From Candidatus Vogelbacteria bacterium (GTDB lineage Bacteria; Patescibacteriota; Minisyncoccia; Phycocordibacterales; XYD1-FULL-46-19), in assembly GCA_021414225.1 (NCBI GenBank), contig JAIOOX010000001.1, positions 6,624 through 70,623 of the forward strand: a stretch of DNA of 64,000 nt. The letters run 5' to 3'. The position numbers and the translations under genes are program-made. Positions within the stretch are counted from its first letter, which is position 1, and every line of letters begins with the position of its first letter. Shown here in pieces: positions 22,796 through 33,123 of the stretch. Below the pieces are notes generated by a model. That model was not told where the DNA came from, ran no database searches, and saw nothing but the letters and a program-made list of their open reading frames with translations.

Positions 22796-23605
22796 TTAAG
22801 AGACAAGCGTATAGCGACTCCACCGTCTATCCCCCTTTTTTCTAAGTAGTCCTTTTTCTACCATCAAAGACAAGTCACGTTGGATGGTTTTCATACTACA
22901 TTCCGGAACTACTGTGGCTATGTCCTTTATGGATAACCAACCTTTGTCTTTTAGAAAAGAAACAATCTTATCGTGTCTATCATTTTTTAAACCAGATTCA
23001 ACTTCTAACTTATCAGTCGCCTGTCGGTCTGAAGTTTTGTCTTTAATATTTCCGGTTTTTAATTCTTTGGAAAAAGACTGACCTTGAGGTAAATTTTTGG
23101 CGTTAGAAACTGTCCCTAAATAAGCTCTATCAGTCACCTGATTTTGGGTTGGCAAACTAGAATAACCAGGTTGTCGATCATAACCCGACAACATAAACAG
23201 GCGCATCGATTCACGAACCGAAGCATTAATATTATCAGCCAATTTTTGGTATTCCTCTCTAAGTAAAACTAAATTCATGGTGGAAACAGTTCCAGCCGAG
23301 ACCGCAACCGATACAAGGGTATTTAGATCGTTAATAGATTTGACTAAAGTATCAACATCAATGTTTTTATAAAAGACAAAGTCCTGACCGTAATCAGCCA
23401 TGTGCTCTGTTTCCACTTTTTTAATATCAGACAAAATACCTAAAGCTGATTCGCGTAACTTCCACTTCAACGGCTCGCTGTCCGATAAAAGCGAGGTCAC
23501 CAAATACAACGCCGAAGTTAGTCTTTCTGTTTTTAAGACAACAAAACCAAAGGCGGTATTATCCTTCAAAGTCAGGTTAGTTTGGTTGTCCTTTGTGTTG
23601 TCCAT
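22796..23605 (-). CDS. Hypothetical protein with a C-terminal winged-helix DNA-binding domain
   Basis: The C-terminal 60 aa (IVSFLKDKGWLSIKDIATVV...RDLSLMVEKGLLRKKG) resemble a DeoR/HrcA-type wHTH. Confidence 0.45.
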   Translation of the reverse strand: MDNTKDNQTNLTLKDNTAFGFVVLKTERLTSALYLVTSLLSDSEPLKWKLRESALGILSDIKKVETEHMADYGQDFVFYKNIDVDTLVKSINDLNTLVSVAVSAGTVSTMNLVLLREEYQKLADNINASVRESMRLFMLSGYDRQPGYSSLPTQNQVTDRAYLGTVSNAKNLPQGQSFSKELKTGNIKDKTSDRQATDKLEVESGLKNDRHDKIVSFLKDKGWLSIKDIATVVPECSMKTIQRDLSLMVEKGLLRKKGDRRWSRYTLVS

Positions 23606-23798
23606 AAGTATTCTGTCTTTTAGATAAATTGTCTCTTAAACCAGATAAAAGACACTCCTAATGTGTCCTTTATTATATATTAGACATAAAGTTTTGTCCA
23701 ATGCCTTTAAAGGACGTTTTGTTTATATGGCTCAATCAAGCCTTCTTTTGCGATCATTATCTTGATATAATAATTAGGCATCACAAACCACCCCTTCA

Positions 23799-25970
23799 AT
23801 GGCGCGTAAAAAAACTACCAAAAATAAAAAGGACCACGGGGACGAAGAACTAGTCAGCCCCCGCCTACAGGCCGAAACTCGTTACGGTATTATGGCTATT
23901 GTTTTTTTTACTTTAGCCCTCTTTTTTATTCTCTCTTGGTTTACCAAAGCCGGTCTAGCTGGACAATATACTTACCAAGTACTGGACTATTTATTCGGGG
24001 CTGGCTATCTACTAGCACCGACTGTTTTTCTAGTCTTAGCCATCTCTTTCCTCCAACTATCCAAACCTAACTTTATGGCTCATCGTTTGATTGGTGGCTT
24101 ACTACTTTTCTGTTCATCTCTCGGTATTACTAGTATTATCGTGGACCCTGAAGCAGGCGGGGTCGTCGGCAATCTCATCGCCACCCCTTTCCTAAAATTA
24201 TTTGATATCTACTCTAGTTTAGTTTTCCTAGTCGCCCTGATCATCATCTCAGTCTTGATTATGTTCGAAACCAAAATCACTCTCGGTTGGGGCATTTTCA
24301 GTCGTCTATTTAAACAAAAAGAATTGGCGTCTGAGACCGAAGATATTGAACCGAATATTGTCGGCCAACCAGACACTGATGAGGAAGAAGAAAACACTCC
24401 CAACAGACCAGTTAAACCGGTGGCCACCAAAACTGAAACCCCCAACGAAATGGGGTTACTCGGCTCTTTGGTTGGTTTTACTAAAAAAGGTACTAGCGGC
24501 TCTTTTACTCCACCACCATTATCACTCCTAGAAAAAGATAGCGGTAAACCAGGGGCGGGCGATATTAAAGCTAATGCTAATATTATTAAAAGAACTCTGG
24601 CCAACTTTGGTATTAATGTCGAGATGGACGAAATCTCTATCGGCCCGTCAGTTACTCGCTACGCTCTCAAACCCGCCGAAGGTATCAAGCTGTCTCGAAT
24701 TGTCGGCTTACAAAATGATTTATCTTTGGCTTTAGCGGCTCACCCACTTCGAATCGAGGCTCCGATCCCTGGCAAATCACTTGTTGGAATAGAAATACCA
24801 AACACAGTGAAAACCACCGTTGGTCTAGGCACCTTGTTGGGCGCCAAAGAATTTACTGATTCAGCCCATCCTTTACTTGTTTCTCTTGGTCGAGGTATAT
24901 CTGGTATACCAAACTTCGCTAACGTCGCTAAATCCCCTCACCTACTAATCGCTGGTACGACTGGCTCCGGTAAATCTGTCACTATCCACACTTTGATTGT
25001 TTCTCTACTCTATCGCAACCCACCAGAATTGATGCGCTTTATCATGATCGACCCTAAACGAGTCGAACTCACTCTCTACAACAAGATTCCCCATCTCTTA
25101 ACCCCAGTTATTACAGACCCCAAAAAAGCTATTGCCGCTCTCCGCTGGGCCGCCAAAGAAATGGATCGCCGCTATGATATTTTGGAATCACACGCTGTTC
25201 GTGATATTCAGTCTTATCACAACAACATCCTCGCCCCAGCCACCGCCAAAGCTAGTGGTAAAGATGACGAGGAAGCGATGGAACAAATGCCTTATATTGT
25301 CATTTTGATTGATGAATTGGCAGATATTATGTCGACCTATCCTCGAGAACTGGAAGCGGCTATCGTTCGTCTAGCTCAAATGTCTCGAGCGGTCGGTATT
25401 CACTTGGTTCTATCAACCCAAAGACCATCAGTCGAAGTAATCACTGGTTTAATCAAAGCCAATATTCCATCTCGAATCGCTCTCCAAGTGGCTTCCCAAA
25501 TCGACTCTCGTACTATTATTGATATGCCTGGAGCTGAGAAACTATTAGGTGCTGGAGATATGCTTTATATGTCTGGGGAAATGTCCAAACCGATTCGGGT
25601 TCAATCAGCCTTTATCTCTGAGACTGAGGTAAAAGGGGTGGTTAAATATCTGGTTGATAAATATTCTGATGCTATTCCAAATGAGATAAACTTAGGTGGA
25701 CCAGAAGAAAACGGTAACTCCCTCTTTTCTACTTCTCTAGACAACGACAACGGTGACGATGATGAGCTTTATGAAGTAGCTCGAGAAGCAGTGGTGGAGG
25801 CTGGTAAGGCTTCAGCTTCTTATTTACAACGTAAACTAAAAGTGGGTTACGCTCGAGCCGCTAGACTGTTGGACATGCTGGAAGAACGAGGCGTGATTGG
25901 ACCCGGTGAAGGCGCTAAAGCCCGTGAAGTGTACGGTGGTGGTCGCTCAAGTGAAGAAGAAGTTCTATAA
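23799..25970 (+). CDS. ftsK: DNA translocase FtsK/SpoIIIE
   Basis: Four N-terminal TM helices, a Pro/Thr-rich linker, a Walker A motif (GTTGSGKS), an ATPase domain, and a C-terminal gamma wHTH (YLQRKLKVGYARAARLLDMLEERGVIGP). Confidence 0.9.
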   Translation: MARKKTTKNKKDHGDEELVSPRLQAETRYGIMAIVFFTLALFFILSWFTKAGLAGQYTYQVLDYLFGAGYLLAPTVFLVLAISFLQLSKPNFMAHRLIGGLLLFCSSLGITSIIVDPEAGGVVGNLIATPFLKLFDIYSSLVFLVALIIISVLIMFETKITLGWGIFSRLFKQKELASETEDIEPNIVGQPDTDEEEENTPNRPVKPVATKTETPNEMGLLGSLVGFTKKGTSGSFTPPPLSLLEKDSGKPGAGDIKANANIIKRTLANFGINVEMDEISIGPSVTRYALKPAEGIKLSRIVGLQNDLSLALAAHPLRIEAPIPGKSLVGIEIPNTVKTTVGLGTLLGAKEFTDSAHPLLVSLGRGISGIPNFANVAKSPHLLIAGTTGSGKSVTIHTLIVSLLYRNPPELMRFIMIDPKRVELTLYNKIPHLLTPVITDPKKAIAALRWAAKEMDRRYDILESHAVRDIQSYHNNILAPATAKASGKDDEEAMEQMPYIVILIDELADIMSTYPRELEAAIVRLAQMSRAVGIHLVLSTQRPSVEVITGLIKANIPSRIALQVASQIDSRTIIDMPGAEKLLGAGDMLYMSGEMSKPIRVQSAFISETEVKGVVKYLVDKYSDAIPNEINLGGPEENGNSLFSTSLDNDNGDDDELYEVAREAVVEAGKASASYLQRKLKVGYARAARLLDMLEERGVIGPGEGAKAREVYGGGRSSEEEVL

Positions 25971-25978
25971 TAATAAAC

Positions 25979-26320
25979 ATGAGACAAGTCACTATCTTAA
26001 AAATGATTTCGTTGGCCCTAATCATGGTTTTTATTACTGGTTATGCCTACTCTAAGACCATTGATGTGATTCGCGGTCCAGAAATCATCATCCACTCACC
26101 TACCATTGGCTACTCCACCACAGACAATCTCATCCAAATCAAAGGCCAAGCTTTGCGCATAGCCAAACTCTACCTAGACGGCAAACAAATATATACCGAT
26201 GACCTAGGTAACTTTAAGGAATCGTTGCTCCTCCCTAAAGGCTATAGTACACTCAACCTAGAAGCGACTGATATTTTCAATCGCAAAACTAGTCACAATA
26301 TTCCGGTCGCCCATTTATGA
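25979..26320 (+). CDS. Hypothetical secreted/membrane-anchored protein
   Basis: 113-aa ORF with an N-terminal hydrophobic helix. Lies between ftsK and recA. Confidence 0.4.
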   Translation: MRQVTILKMISLALIMVFITGYAYSKTIDVIRGPEIIIHSPTIGYSTTDNLIQIKGQALRIAKLYLDGKQIYTDDLGNFKESLLLPKGYSTLNLEATDIFNRKTSHNIPVAHL

Positions 26321-26337
26321 ACCAATTAGCCTAAATT

Positions 26338-27372
26338 ATGATCAAGAAAAAACAATCTGCCCCCAAAGAAACCAACACCGGTGTTGATGATGCTATTAAA
26401 GCGATTCAATCTCGTTTTGGTGACGAATCTATTATTAAACTTGGAGAAAAACCAAAAGTGGGAGTTAATGCTATTCCAACCGGCTCTCTAGGTTTAGATT
26501 TAGCCCTCGGTATTGGTGGTGTGCCTCGCGGTCGGATCATCGAGATCTATGGCCCAGAATCGTCAGGTAAGACTACCCTCGCCCTTCACATCATCGCTGA
26601 GGCTCAAAAACACGGCGGTGTGTGTGCTTTTATTGACGCTGAACACGCTCTCGATCCTGAGTATTCAAAAAAAATTGGCGTAAAGATTAATGACCTTCTA
26701 GTCTCCCAACCAGATTATGGTGAACAAGCCTTGGAGATCTGTGAAAGTTTGATCCGCTCGGGTAGTATCGATGTTATCGTTATTGACTCTGTAGCCGCTC
26801 TCACCCCTAAAGATGAGATTGAGGGTGATGTTGGTGCTCAACACATGGGTAAACAGGCTCGTCTAATGTCTCAAGCTCTCCGTAAAATGACTGCCATTGT
26901 CGCTCGATCTAAGACTGTTGTTATCTTTATCAACCAAATTCGAATGCAAATCGGAGTAATGTTTGGTAATCCAGAAACTACCCCTGGAGGTAAGGCTCTA
27001 AAGTTTTATTCCTCTGTTCGTCTAGATATCCGCCGCATCGCTCAAATCAAGAAAGGTGAAGATGTTGTTGGCGGTCGAGTAAGAGTCAAAGTGGTCAAGA
27101 ACAAGGTCGCTGCCCCTTTCAAACAAGCAGAATTCGATGTTCTTTATAATGAAGGAATCTCCCCAGAAGGTGAAGTGCTAGCTTTGGGTGAAAAATATGG
27201 CATCGTTAAAAAAGCTGGTGCGTCTTATAGCTACACCCCCGAAGGTAAGGATGAGGTCAAACTCGGACGAGGTTACGACGCGGCTCGCACTTTTGTCAAA
27301 GCCGACCCTAAATTAAAGAACGAGTTGGTGAAGAAAATTAATGAAGCTTGGGGTAAAGAAACCCTTGCTTAA
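26338..27372 (+). CDS. recA: Recombinase RecA
   Basis: Walker [10 protein letters not shown] and the RecA signature [14 protein letters not shown]. 344 aa. Confidence 0.95.
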   Translation: MIKKKQSAPKETNTGVDDAIKAIQSRFGDESIIKLGEKPKVGVNAIPTGSLGLDLALGIGGVPRGRIIEIYGPESSGKTTLALHIIAEAQKHGGVCAFIDAEHALDPEYSKKIGVKINDLLVSQPDYGEQALEICESLIRSGSIDVIVIDSVAALTPKDEIEGDVGAQHMGKQARLMSQALRKMTAIVARSKTVVIFINQIRMQIGVMFGNPETTPGGKALKFYSSVRLDIRRIAQIKKGEDVVGGRVRVKVVKNKVAAPFKQAEFDVLYNEGISPEGEVLALGEKYGIVKKAGASYSYTPEGKDEVKLGRGYDAARTFVKADPKLKNELVKKINEAWGKETLA

Positions 27373-27435
27373 GCTTCCAAATAGCCCAAGTCGAGCGACT
27401 GGCTTTTTTACAGAATTAAGTTACAATACTCCCGT

Positions 27436-28005
27436 ATGGCTATGCTCGAATACAATGAAATAAAGCCCCGAAAGTACATCATTCACGAAGGTGGGCCTTA
27501 TGAAGTTCTCGATTCTCACGTCTTCCGCAAACAACAACGAAAGCCAGTTAACGCTACTAAACTTAAGAATTTGATTACTGGTAAAGTCGTAGAACATTCT
27601 TTCCACGTCTCCGATAAAGTACCTGAAGCTGAGTTGACCACTAAAAAAGCTAAATATCTATATTTCAACCGCGGTGAGTACTGGTTCTGCGAACCAAGCA
27701 ATCCTAGTAATCGCTACCAAGTTGAAGCTAGTGTTTTGGGTGAGACAATTAAATACGTAAAAACCAATTCTGAGGTAGAGTTATTAACCTTTGAAGAACA
27801 GCCGATCGGAATGAAGATTCCAGTAAAAGTGGAACTGAAAGTCACTGAAGCCTCCCCGGCTGTTAAAGGTAATACTGTCCAAGGTGGTAGCAAACAAGTT
27901 ACCTTGGAAACAGGAGCTACTCTCAACGTGCCCATGTTCGTCAATGAAGGCGATACAATCCGTATTAATACCGACAGTGGAGAATACGTCGAAAGAATAA
28001 ACTAA
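27436..28005 (+). CDS. efp: Elongation factor P
   Basis: 189 aa with three OB/KOW-like domains. EF-P family N-terminus (GGPYEVLDSHVFRKQQRKP). Confidence 0.85.
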   Translation: MAMLEYNEIKPRKYIIHEGGPYEVLDSHVFRKQQRKPVNATKLKNLITGKVVEHSFHVSDKVPEAELTTKKAKYLYFNRGEYWFCEPSNPSNRYQVEASVLGETIKYVKTNSEVELLTFEEQPIGMKIPVKVELKVTEASPAVKGNTVQGGSKQVTLETGATLNVPMFVNEGDTIRINTDSGEYVERIN

Positions 28006-28013
28006 AATCCTAA

Positions 28014-28046
28014 CAAAAAATCCGGCCAGGCGCCGGATTTTTTGTT
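28014..28046. terminator. Bidirectional rho-independent terminator between efp and rpsR
   Basis: aaaaaatccggccaggcgccggatttttt. Confidence 0.7.
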
Positions 28047-28068
28047 ATCTTTATATTATCTAAATTTT

Positions 28069-28269
28069 TTAACTAGCCAAGAAAGGCAATAGACCCATAA
28101 AACGAGCTCGCTTAATAGCAGTCGTTAGTCGTCTTTGATGACGAGAACAAGTCGCTGTTCGACGGTGCTTAACGATTCGAGCATGAGGATCAAGAAAGAG
28201 CTTGAGGGCATCAACCTCTTTGTAATCTACCTCCTTAATATTATTACTGCAGAAATGGCATTGCTTCAT
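28069..28269 (-). CDS. rpsR: 30S ribosomal protein S18
   Basis: 66 aa. Conserved DYK..D.L motif, and RQLTTAIKRARFMGLLPF. Confidence 0.85.
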   Translation of the reverse strand: MKQCHFCSNNIKEVDYKEVDALKLFLDPHARIVKHRRTATCSRHQRRLTTAIKRARFMGLLPFLAS

Positions 28270-28310
28270 ATTTACATTATTACTATCACGTTTATAATAT
28301 TTCGTCTAGA

Positions 28311-28760
28311 TTAAAAAGGAATATCGTCAGGATTAATCTCTTCCTCTGGATATTCAATAGTATCCAACTGAGGAGCTGGGGCTGGACCATCGGTCTTGGC
28401 TGTCTCACCAGCAAAGCCAGTCGCTTGCCCCTCTCGTCTTGGTCCTAATTGAATCTTCTCCACCACTATTTCAGTTCGATACTTTTTAGAACCATCTTGG
28501 GCATCCCAACTGCGGGTCTGCATTCTGCCTTCTACCATCACTGAACTTCCCTTCTTGAGATATTGTCCGGCCACATTGGCTTGAGGACCAAAAGCGACGA
28601 CATTGTGGTATTGAGTATCTTCTTGCTTGGCTCCATTCTTATCCTTCCACACTCGAGAAGTGGCTACCGCAAAACTAGTGACTGATACCCCACTTGGCAA
28701 AGCTCGCTGTTCTGGATCGCGAGTAAGATTACCAATGATTATCGCTTTATTAAGATACAT
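28311..28760 (-). CDS. ssb: Single-stranded DNA-binding protein
   Basis: OB-fold N-terminus (MYLNKAIIIGNLTRDPEQRALPSGVSVTSFAVAT). Gly/Pro-rich tail ending in the acidic DIPF motif. Confidence 0.9.
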   Translation of the reverse strand: MYLNKAIIIGNLTRDPEQRALPSGVSVTSFAVATSRVWKDKNGAKQEDTQYHNVVAFGPQANVAGQYLKKGSSVMVEGRMQTRSWDAQDGSKKYRTEIVVEKIQLGPRREGQATGFAGETAKTDGPAPAPQLDTIEYPEEEINPDDIPF

Positions 28761-28762
28761 AT

Positions 28763-29254
28763 TTAAGCAACGAGTAGTTCTTCGATCTCTTGGTCGATTT
28801 TTTCATTATCAACCAAACCCTTATCTTCTTCTATCACCCCTTCTTCAGCGATCACTTCTTCATTTTTAACCTCAGCTCGTGGAACAACAATTCTTTCTGT
28901 TTGAACTGGAGCGTCGATAACCAAAATACGAATAATTAGATCACTTTTTTCTACTTGTTTTTTAACGGTATTTATTTTGTCAGGCGTAACAGAAAATTTA
29001 ACCGCTCCAAAATAAGCATCTGACACTAAAGTTTTTTTGTGGTTAATAGTCTTACCAATTTTGTAAGCCAATTTTCGTAAGTGAGGAGTGGTTTGACTAA
29101 CCATAGTTCCACCTACCGCTTCCACCTCTTTAACAATAATCTCAGTGATTTTGTCAGCCTTGTCAGCCTCAGGCACCAAAGGACTCAACAAATAGCCTAT
29201 TTCATAGGTTTTTGGGTCTTTTAAATCAATATCAGCAATAACTTGTTCTTTCAT
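28763..29254 (-). CDS. rpsF: 30S ribosomal protein S6 with a C-terminal extension
   Basis: S6 fold (YEIGYLLSP...GGTMVSQTTPHLRKLAYKI) and position in the conserved rpsF-ssb-rpsR arrangement. Confidence 0.8.
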   Translation of the reverse strand: MKEQVIADIDLKDPKTYEIGYLLSPLVPEADKADKITEIIVKEVEAVGGTMVSQTTPHLRKLAYKIGKTINHKKTLVSDAYFGAVKFSVTPDKINTVKKQVEKSDLIIRILVIDAPVQTERIVVPRAEVKNEEVIAEEGVIEEDKGLVDNEKIDQEIEELLVA

Positions 29255-29298
29255 AGATAGGAGGTATGTTACCAGACAAAAGCCAAAAAGTCAAAAAA

Positions 29299-30105
29299 CT
29301 AGAGGCCAAATAGGCGCCTGGCGTTGGCTACCAAAGCTTCAGCTACCTGCTGTTCTGGTAAGGCTTTGATTTCAGCTATTTTTTTAACAATTTCCACCAC
29401 ATAGACTGGTTCATTCCTTCGGCCTCGATGAGGCACCGGAGCGACGTACGGACAGTCGGTTTCAGCCATAATCATATCTAAAGGCGTGTTTCTAACCAAC
29501 TCCTCATATTGCTTAGCAAAAGTCACCACCCCAGTAAAAGAGAGGGTAAAGCCTAAATCTAAAAATTGTTTCCCCTCCTCCCAAGTACCAGCAAAAAAAT
29601 GGACATTACCCAATACTTTGGCGTCCTCCCTAAGCACAGCCAAAGCGTCACCATAGGCCTCTCTAATATGTAACATTAGAGGTTTATTGATTTCATTAGC
29701 CAAAGCTATTTGTTGTTGGAAAACTGGTATTTGGGTCGCCTTGGTTTGCTCCTCCAACCGAAAATAATCCAAACCACACTCACCAATCGCTACGACTTTC
29801 GGGTCACTAGCTAATTTTTTATAGATCTCATAATCAAAAATCTCAGCCTCATGAACCACTTGGTCTTTTATTTCATCAGGATCAGCCGGATTGGTCGTAC
29901 TATGAGTCGGATGTAAGCCTACAATAGCGTAAACCCCTGCTTCATACTGATTGGCCAGATCTACTGCCGATTGCGAGGTTTCTAGCCCGGTACCAACATT
30001 AATCATCGCCACCTGAGCTTCCTGTGCTCTTTTAATTACCTCATCTCTGTCACCGTCAAAAGCTGGGAAATTAACGTGCGAATGAATATCAATATAGCGG
30101 AACAT
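29299..30105 (-). CDS. tatD: TatD-family metal-dependent hydrolase/DNase
   Basis: N-terminal DIHSHVNFPAFD motif and conserved His/Asp/Glu ligands. Confidence 0.8.
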   Translation of the reverse strand: MFRYIDIHSHVNFPAFDGDRDEVIKRAQEAQVAMINVGTGLETSQSAVDLANQYEAGVYAIVGLHPTHSTTNPADPDEIKDQVVHEAEIFDYEIYKKLASDPKVVAIGECGLDYFRLEEQTKATQIPVFQQQIALANEINKPLMLHIREAYGDALAVLREDAKVLGNVHFFAGTWEEGKQFLDLGFTLSFTGVVTFAKQYEELVRNTPLDMIMAETDCPYVAPVPHRGRRNEPVYVVEIVKKIAEIKALPEQQVAEALVANARRLFGL

Positions 30106-30107
30106 GA

Positions 30108-30560
30108 CTAAATTTGAGACTTTTTTATTAAAGTTAAAGCTTCAGCCTCATCAACAATTTCAACTATTGGTGATTTGTAACCAAAATAATCTTTTATTAT
30201 TTTTTGCTCTGTTAAAGGAATGTCTGACCAAGAATTATGGTCACAAAAATCTATTTCTACTGCCAAAATCTTTTCATCTTTATCTTCTCTCTTTATAAGA
30301 CCAATTGGTTTAATTAATACTTCGTCAGCTGGTTTCAGATCTCTACTAGAAAAAACCAAAACATCTAGTTCTTCCTCGTGCTCACTATCTTCTTCTTTAT
30401 TTACAGTATCTTTTATAAAACCATAGTGAACCGGCATTATTCCCTCATTAACCGGAATCACATCCTTAATAGGCCCCAAATCGATTAAACCACTCTTGTC
30501 ATATTTCATATGACGTCTTCGACCATCTCCTTTTGGTATCTCTATATAAGCTTTATACAT
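30108..30560 (-). CDS. ppa: Inorganic pyrophosphatase (family I) with an acidic insertion
   Basis: Motifs IEIPKGD, HYGFIKDT and DVLVFS match family I. An acidic insert NKEEDSEHEEE sits before the DxD motif. Confidence 0.7.
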   Translation of the reverse strand: MYKAYIEIPKGDGRRRHMKYDKSGLIDLGPIKDVIPVNEGIMPVHYGFIKDTVNKEEDSEHEEELDVLVFSSRDLKPADEVLIKPIGLIKREDKDEKILAVEIDFCDHNSWSDIPLTEQKIIKDYFGYKSPIVEIVDEAEALTLIKKSQI

Positions 30561-30562
30561 AA

Positions 30563-32005
30563 TTAATCCTTGCGTAAAAATAAAGGCTGAGCTGGGGCTT
30601 TATTTTCTTCAATTAATTGTTGAATGATTTTAGCAGTTTCGGGCATAAGTGGATTTAACATTTGACTAATAGTGTATAAATCAGTAACCAACTCTTCAAT
30701 AATTTTAACTCCAACCGCTTGATCAGTTTTTACCAATTTAAATGGTTGAGTGTCTTGGATTTTTTTATCGAGCTTAGTGATTATCTCCCAAACCACACTC
30801 GCCGCTTTATTGGTGTCGTATTCAGATAAAGCAGTCTGAAAATCAACTGAAGGTAGTGCTGGAACCAAAGCCGGACACTTCATTAAATTAGTTTCAGCCA
30901 TTTTCATAATTCGTGACACCAAATTACCCAAACCATTAGCCAGATTGGCATTATAAGTGTCTTTAAATCTTTCCATCGTAAAAGGACTATCATCAAAAGA
31001 AGAAGTTTCCCTGGTCACAAAATAGCGCAAAGCATCCACTCCGTATTCTGCCACTACATCATAAGGATTAACCACATTACCGATTGACTTAGACATCTTA
31101 ATCCCCCCTTCGCCAGTATAGAAACCATTTATTACCACCTGATGAGTATTCGGTAGATTGACCGACATCAACATGGCCTGCCACATAGCCGACTGTTGAC
31201 GCAAATTGTCCTTACCACAATATTGAGTCGGTGTTCCATTGACCCAGAAAGCCTCAAATTGAGCCTGGTTGTCAGGCCAACCTAAGGTGGAGATATAATT
31301 AACCAATGCATCGAACCAAACATACATTACTTGGTCTGAATCATCGGGAACAGCTACACCCCAGGGCATTTTAGATTTCAACCGAGAAATAGAAAAGTCT
31401 TCTAATCCTCTCTCGACAAAAGCTTTAATTTCATTAAATCTAAAATCAGGTAAAACAAACTTAGGATGTTTAGTATAAAAATCTAACAATGGTTGTTGAA
31501 AAGCGGAAAATTTGAAAAAATAGTTTTCTTCATCAATTAACTCAATTGCTCGGCCAGGATGAAGCGGGCACTCCCCTTTATCATCTAGTTCGGAGTCTGT
31601 TTTTTCTAATTCACATCCGACACAATATTTAATTTGGTAAGCTTTTTTATAAATAAAACCATTAGCCTGACAACGGCGCCAAAATTCTTGAGCGGTTTTT
31701 TCATGCTTGGCATCAGTAGTGCGAACAAAATTAATATCTTCTGAAATACCTAACAACTTGACTAAACCTTTGAATTTTTCAGCATATTCATCGACATACT
31801 GCTTTACTTCTTTACCTTCTTTTTGGGCGGCTTGCCATAGTTTGGAACCATGTTCATCAGTACCAGTATTAAAAAAGACTTCATCACCCACTGATTTACG
31901 CCACCGAGCGATCACATCAGCCCTAATCAACTCCATAGCAAAACCAACATGCGGTTCAGCATTAACATAAGGCAAAGTGGTGGTGATATAAAACTGTTTA
32001 GACAT
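30563..32005 (-). CDS. metG: Methionyl-tRNA synthetase (short form)
   Basis: HIGH-class motif (PYVNAEPHVGFA), a zinc-knuckle CxxC...CPLH, and KMSKS (KMSKSIGNVV). Confidence 0.9.
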   Translation of the reverse strand: MSKQFYITTTLPYVNAEPHVGFAMELIRADVIARWRKSVGDEVFFNTGTDEHGSKLWQAAQKEGKEVKQYVDEYAEKFKGLVKLLGISEDINFVRTTDAKHEKTAQEFWRRCQANGFIYKKAYQIKYCVGCELEKTDSELDDKGECPLHPGRAIELIDEENYFFKFSAFQQPLLDFYTKHPKFVLPDFRFNEIKAFVERGLEDFSISRLKSKMPWGVAVPDDSDQVMYVWFDALVNYISTLGWPDNQAQFEAFWVNGTPTQYCGKDNLRQQSAMWQAMLMSVNLPNTHQVVINGFYTGEGGIKMSKSIGNVVNPYDVVAEYGVDALRYFVTRETSSFDDSPFTMERFKDTYNANLANGLGNLVSRIMKMAETNLMKCPALVPALPSVDFQTALSEYDTNKAASVVWEIITKLDKKIQDTQPFKLVKTDQAVGVKIIEELVTDLYTISQMLNPLMPETAKIIQQLIEENKAPAQPLFLRKD

Positions 32006-32019
32006 AAAAACTAAACTGG

Positions 32020-33081
32020 TTATCGAGCTTCATTCATGCGCGCTTTTCTTTTCTCGAAATCGTTGGCTATTTCCATCAAGATGGTAGCCAGTGGTACCGA
32101 CAAAATAATTCCTAGAAAGCCGGCTATTTTTGCTCCCACCAACAGGGCTAAAATAACAATAATTGGCGATAAACCAACCACCTTTTTAACCACTAGCGGG
32201 TAGATCAGATGGTTTTCAAACTGTTGAATGATCACATACAATCCAATCACCATCAAACCAGCGGTGGTATTATCAGTAAAAGCTAATATCACCGCTGGAA
32301 CAGCGGCTAAGATCGGCCCAAAAACTGGAATCAACTCAAAGAAGGCCGCAATTACCGCCAACACAAAGGCATATTTAACTTGCAAAATAGTGAGTCCTAA
32401 AAAGACCAAAACGCCCACAATCAGAGCCAGTACAATTTGCCCTTTCATCCATTGACCAATCTTAATCTGGGACCGGTTCCACAAATCAAGAATATAAGGT
32501 TCATTACGATAAGGTACGACTAGTTTAATAAAGTTTTCAATTCCTTTCTCTTGAACTGATAAGTAGAAAGAAATAACTAAAATCAAAATAAAACTAAAAG
32601 CTCCACCGAAGACCGTACTAGCAGTCGTAAATAAACCACCAGTAAATTGACCCACCGCCTGTTCAACTGGTTCGATTAAATCTTTTAAAACAAAACTTTT
32701 TTCAATCCCCCCTAGAGATAAGACTGGTTCAAAGTTATAACCAACCACGGATGAAGAATCAATTTGTTCTGGAATATTATTAGAAAGATCGGAAACCTCT
32801 AAAAAGAGGGGTGGTATGAAGATATACAAAAAACTAAAAACAGCACAAAAAGAAACCACATAAATAGTCAGCACAGCTAATACTCGTGGAAATTTATAAT
32901 TCATAAACCAACGAGTCGCCGGTTCTACCGCTGAAGCCAGTACCACTGAAGTCAACAAGATCAACACCAAATCAAATAATAAATAACCAAGCAAAATCAA
33001 GAAGGCCACAAAAAATACCCGCCAGACAGTACCAGTCGTAATAGTTACTTGGATTGGAGTATTTTTAGAGTCTTGTTCCAT
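32020..33081 (-). CDS. AI-2E family transporter (PerM/UPF0118 permease)
   Basis: 353 aa, about 8 TM helices, typical AI-2E topology. Confidence 0.7.
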   Translation of the reverse strand: MEQDSKNTPIQVTITTGTVWRVFFVAFLILLGYLLFDLVLILLTSVVLASAVEPATRWFMNYKFPRVLAVLTIYVVSFCAVFSFLYIFIPPLFLEVSDLSNNIPEQIDSSSVVGYNFEPVLSLGGIEKSFVLKDLIEPVEQAVGQFTGGLFTTASTVFGGAFSFILILVISFYLSVQEKGIENFIKLVVPYRNEPYILDLWNRSQIKIGQWMKGQIVLALIVGVLVFLGLTILQVKYAFVLAVIAAFFELIPVFGPILAAVPAVILAFTDNTTAGLMVIGLYVIIQQFENHLIYPLVVKKVVGLSPIIVILALLVGAKIAGFLGIILSVPLATILMEIANDFEKRKARMNEAR

Positions 33082-33123
33082 TAGCCTTATGTTACTACAG
33101 AAACTACCCGACTCGCAATAAGC

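Noticed and set aside
24209-24604. 131-aa minus-strand ORF inside ftsK
   Set aside because: Antisense to a well-supported, conserved ftsK coding region.
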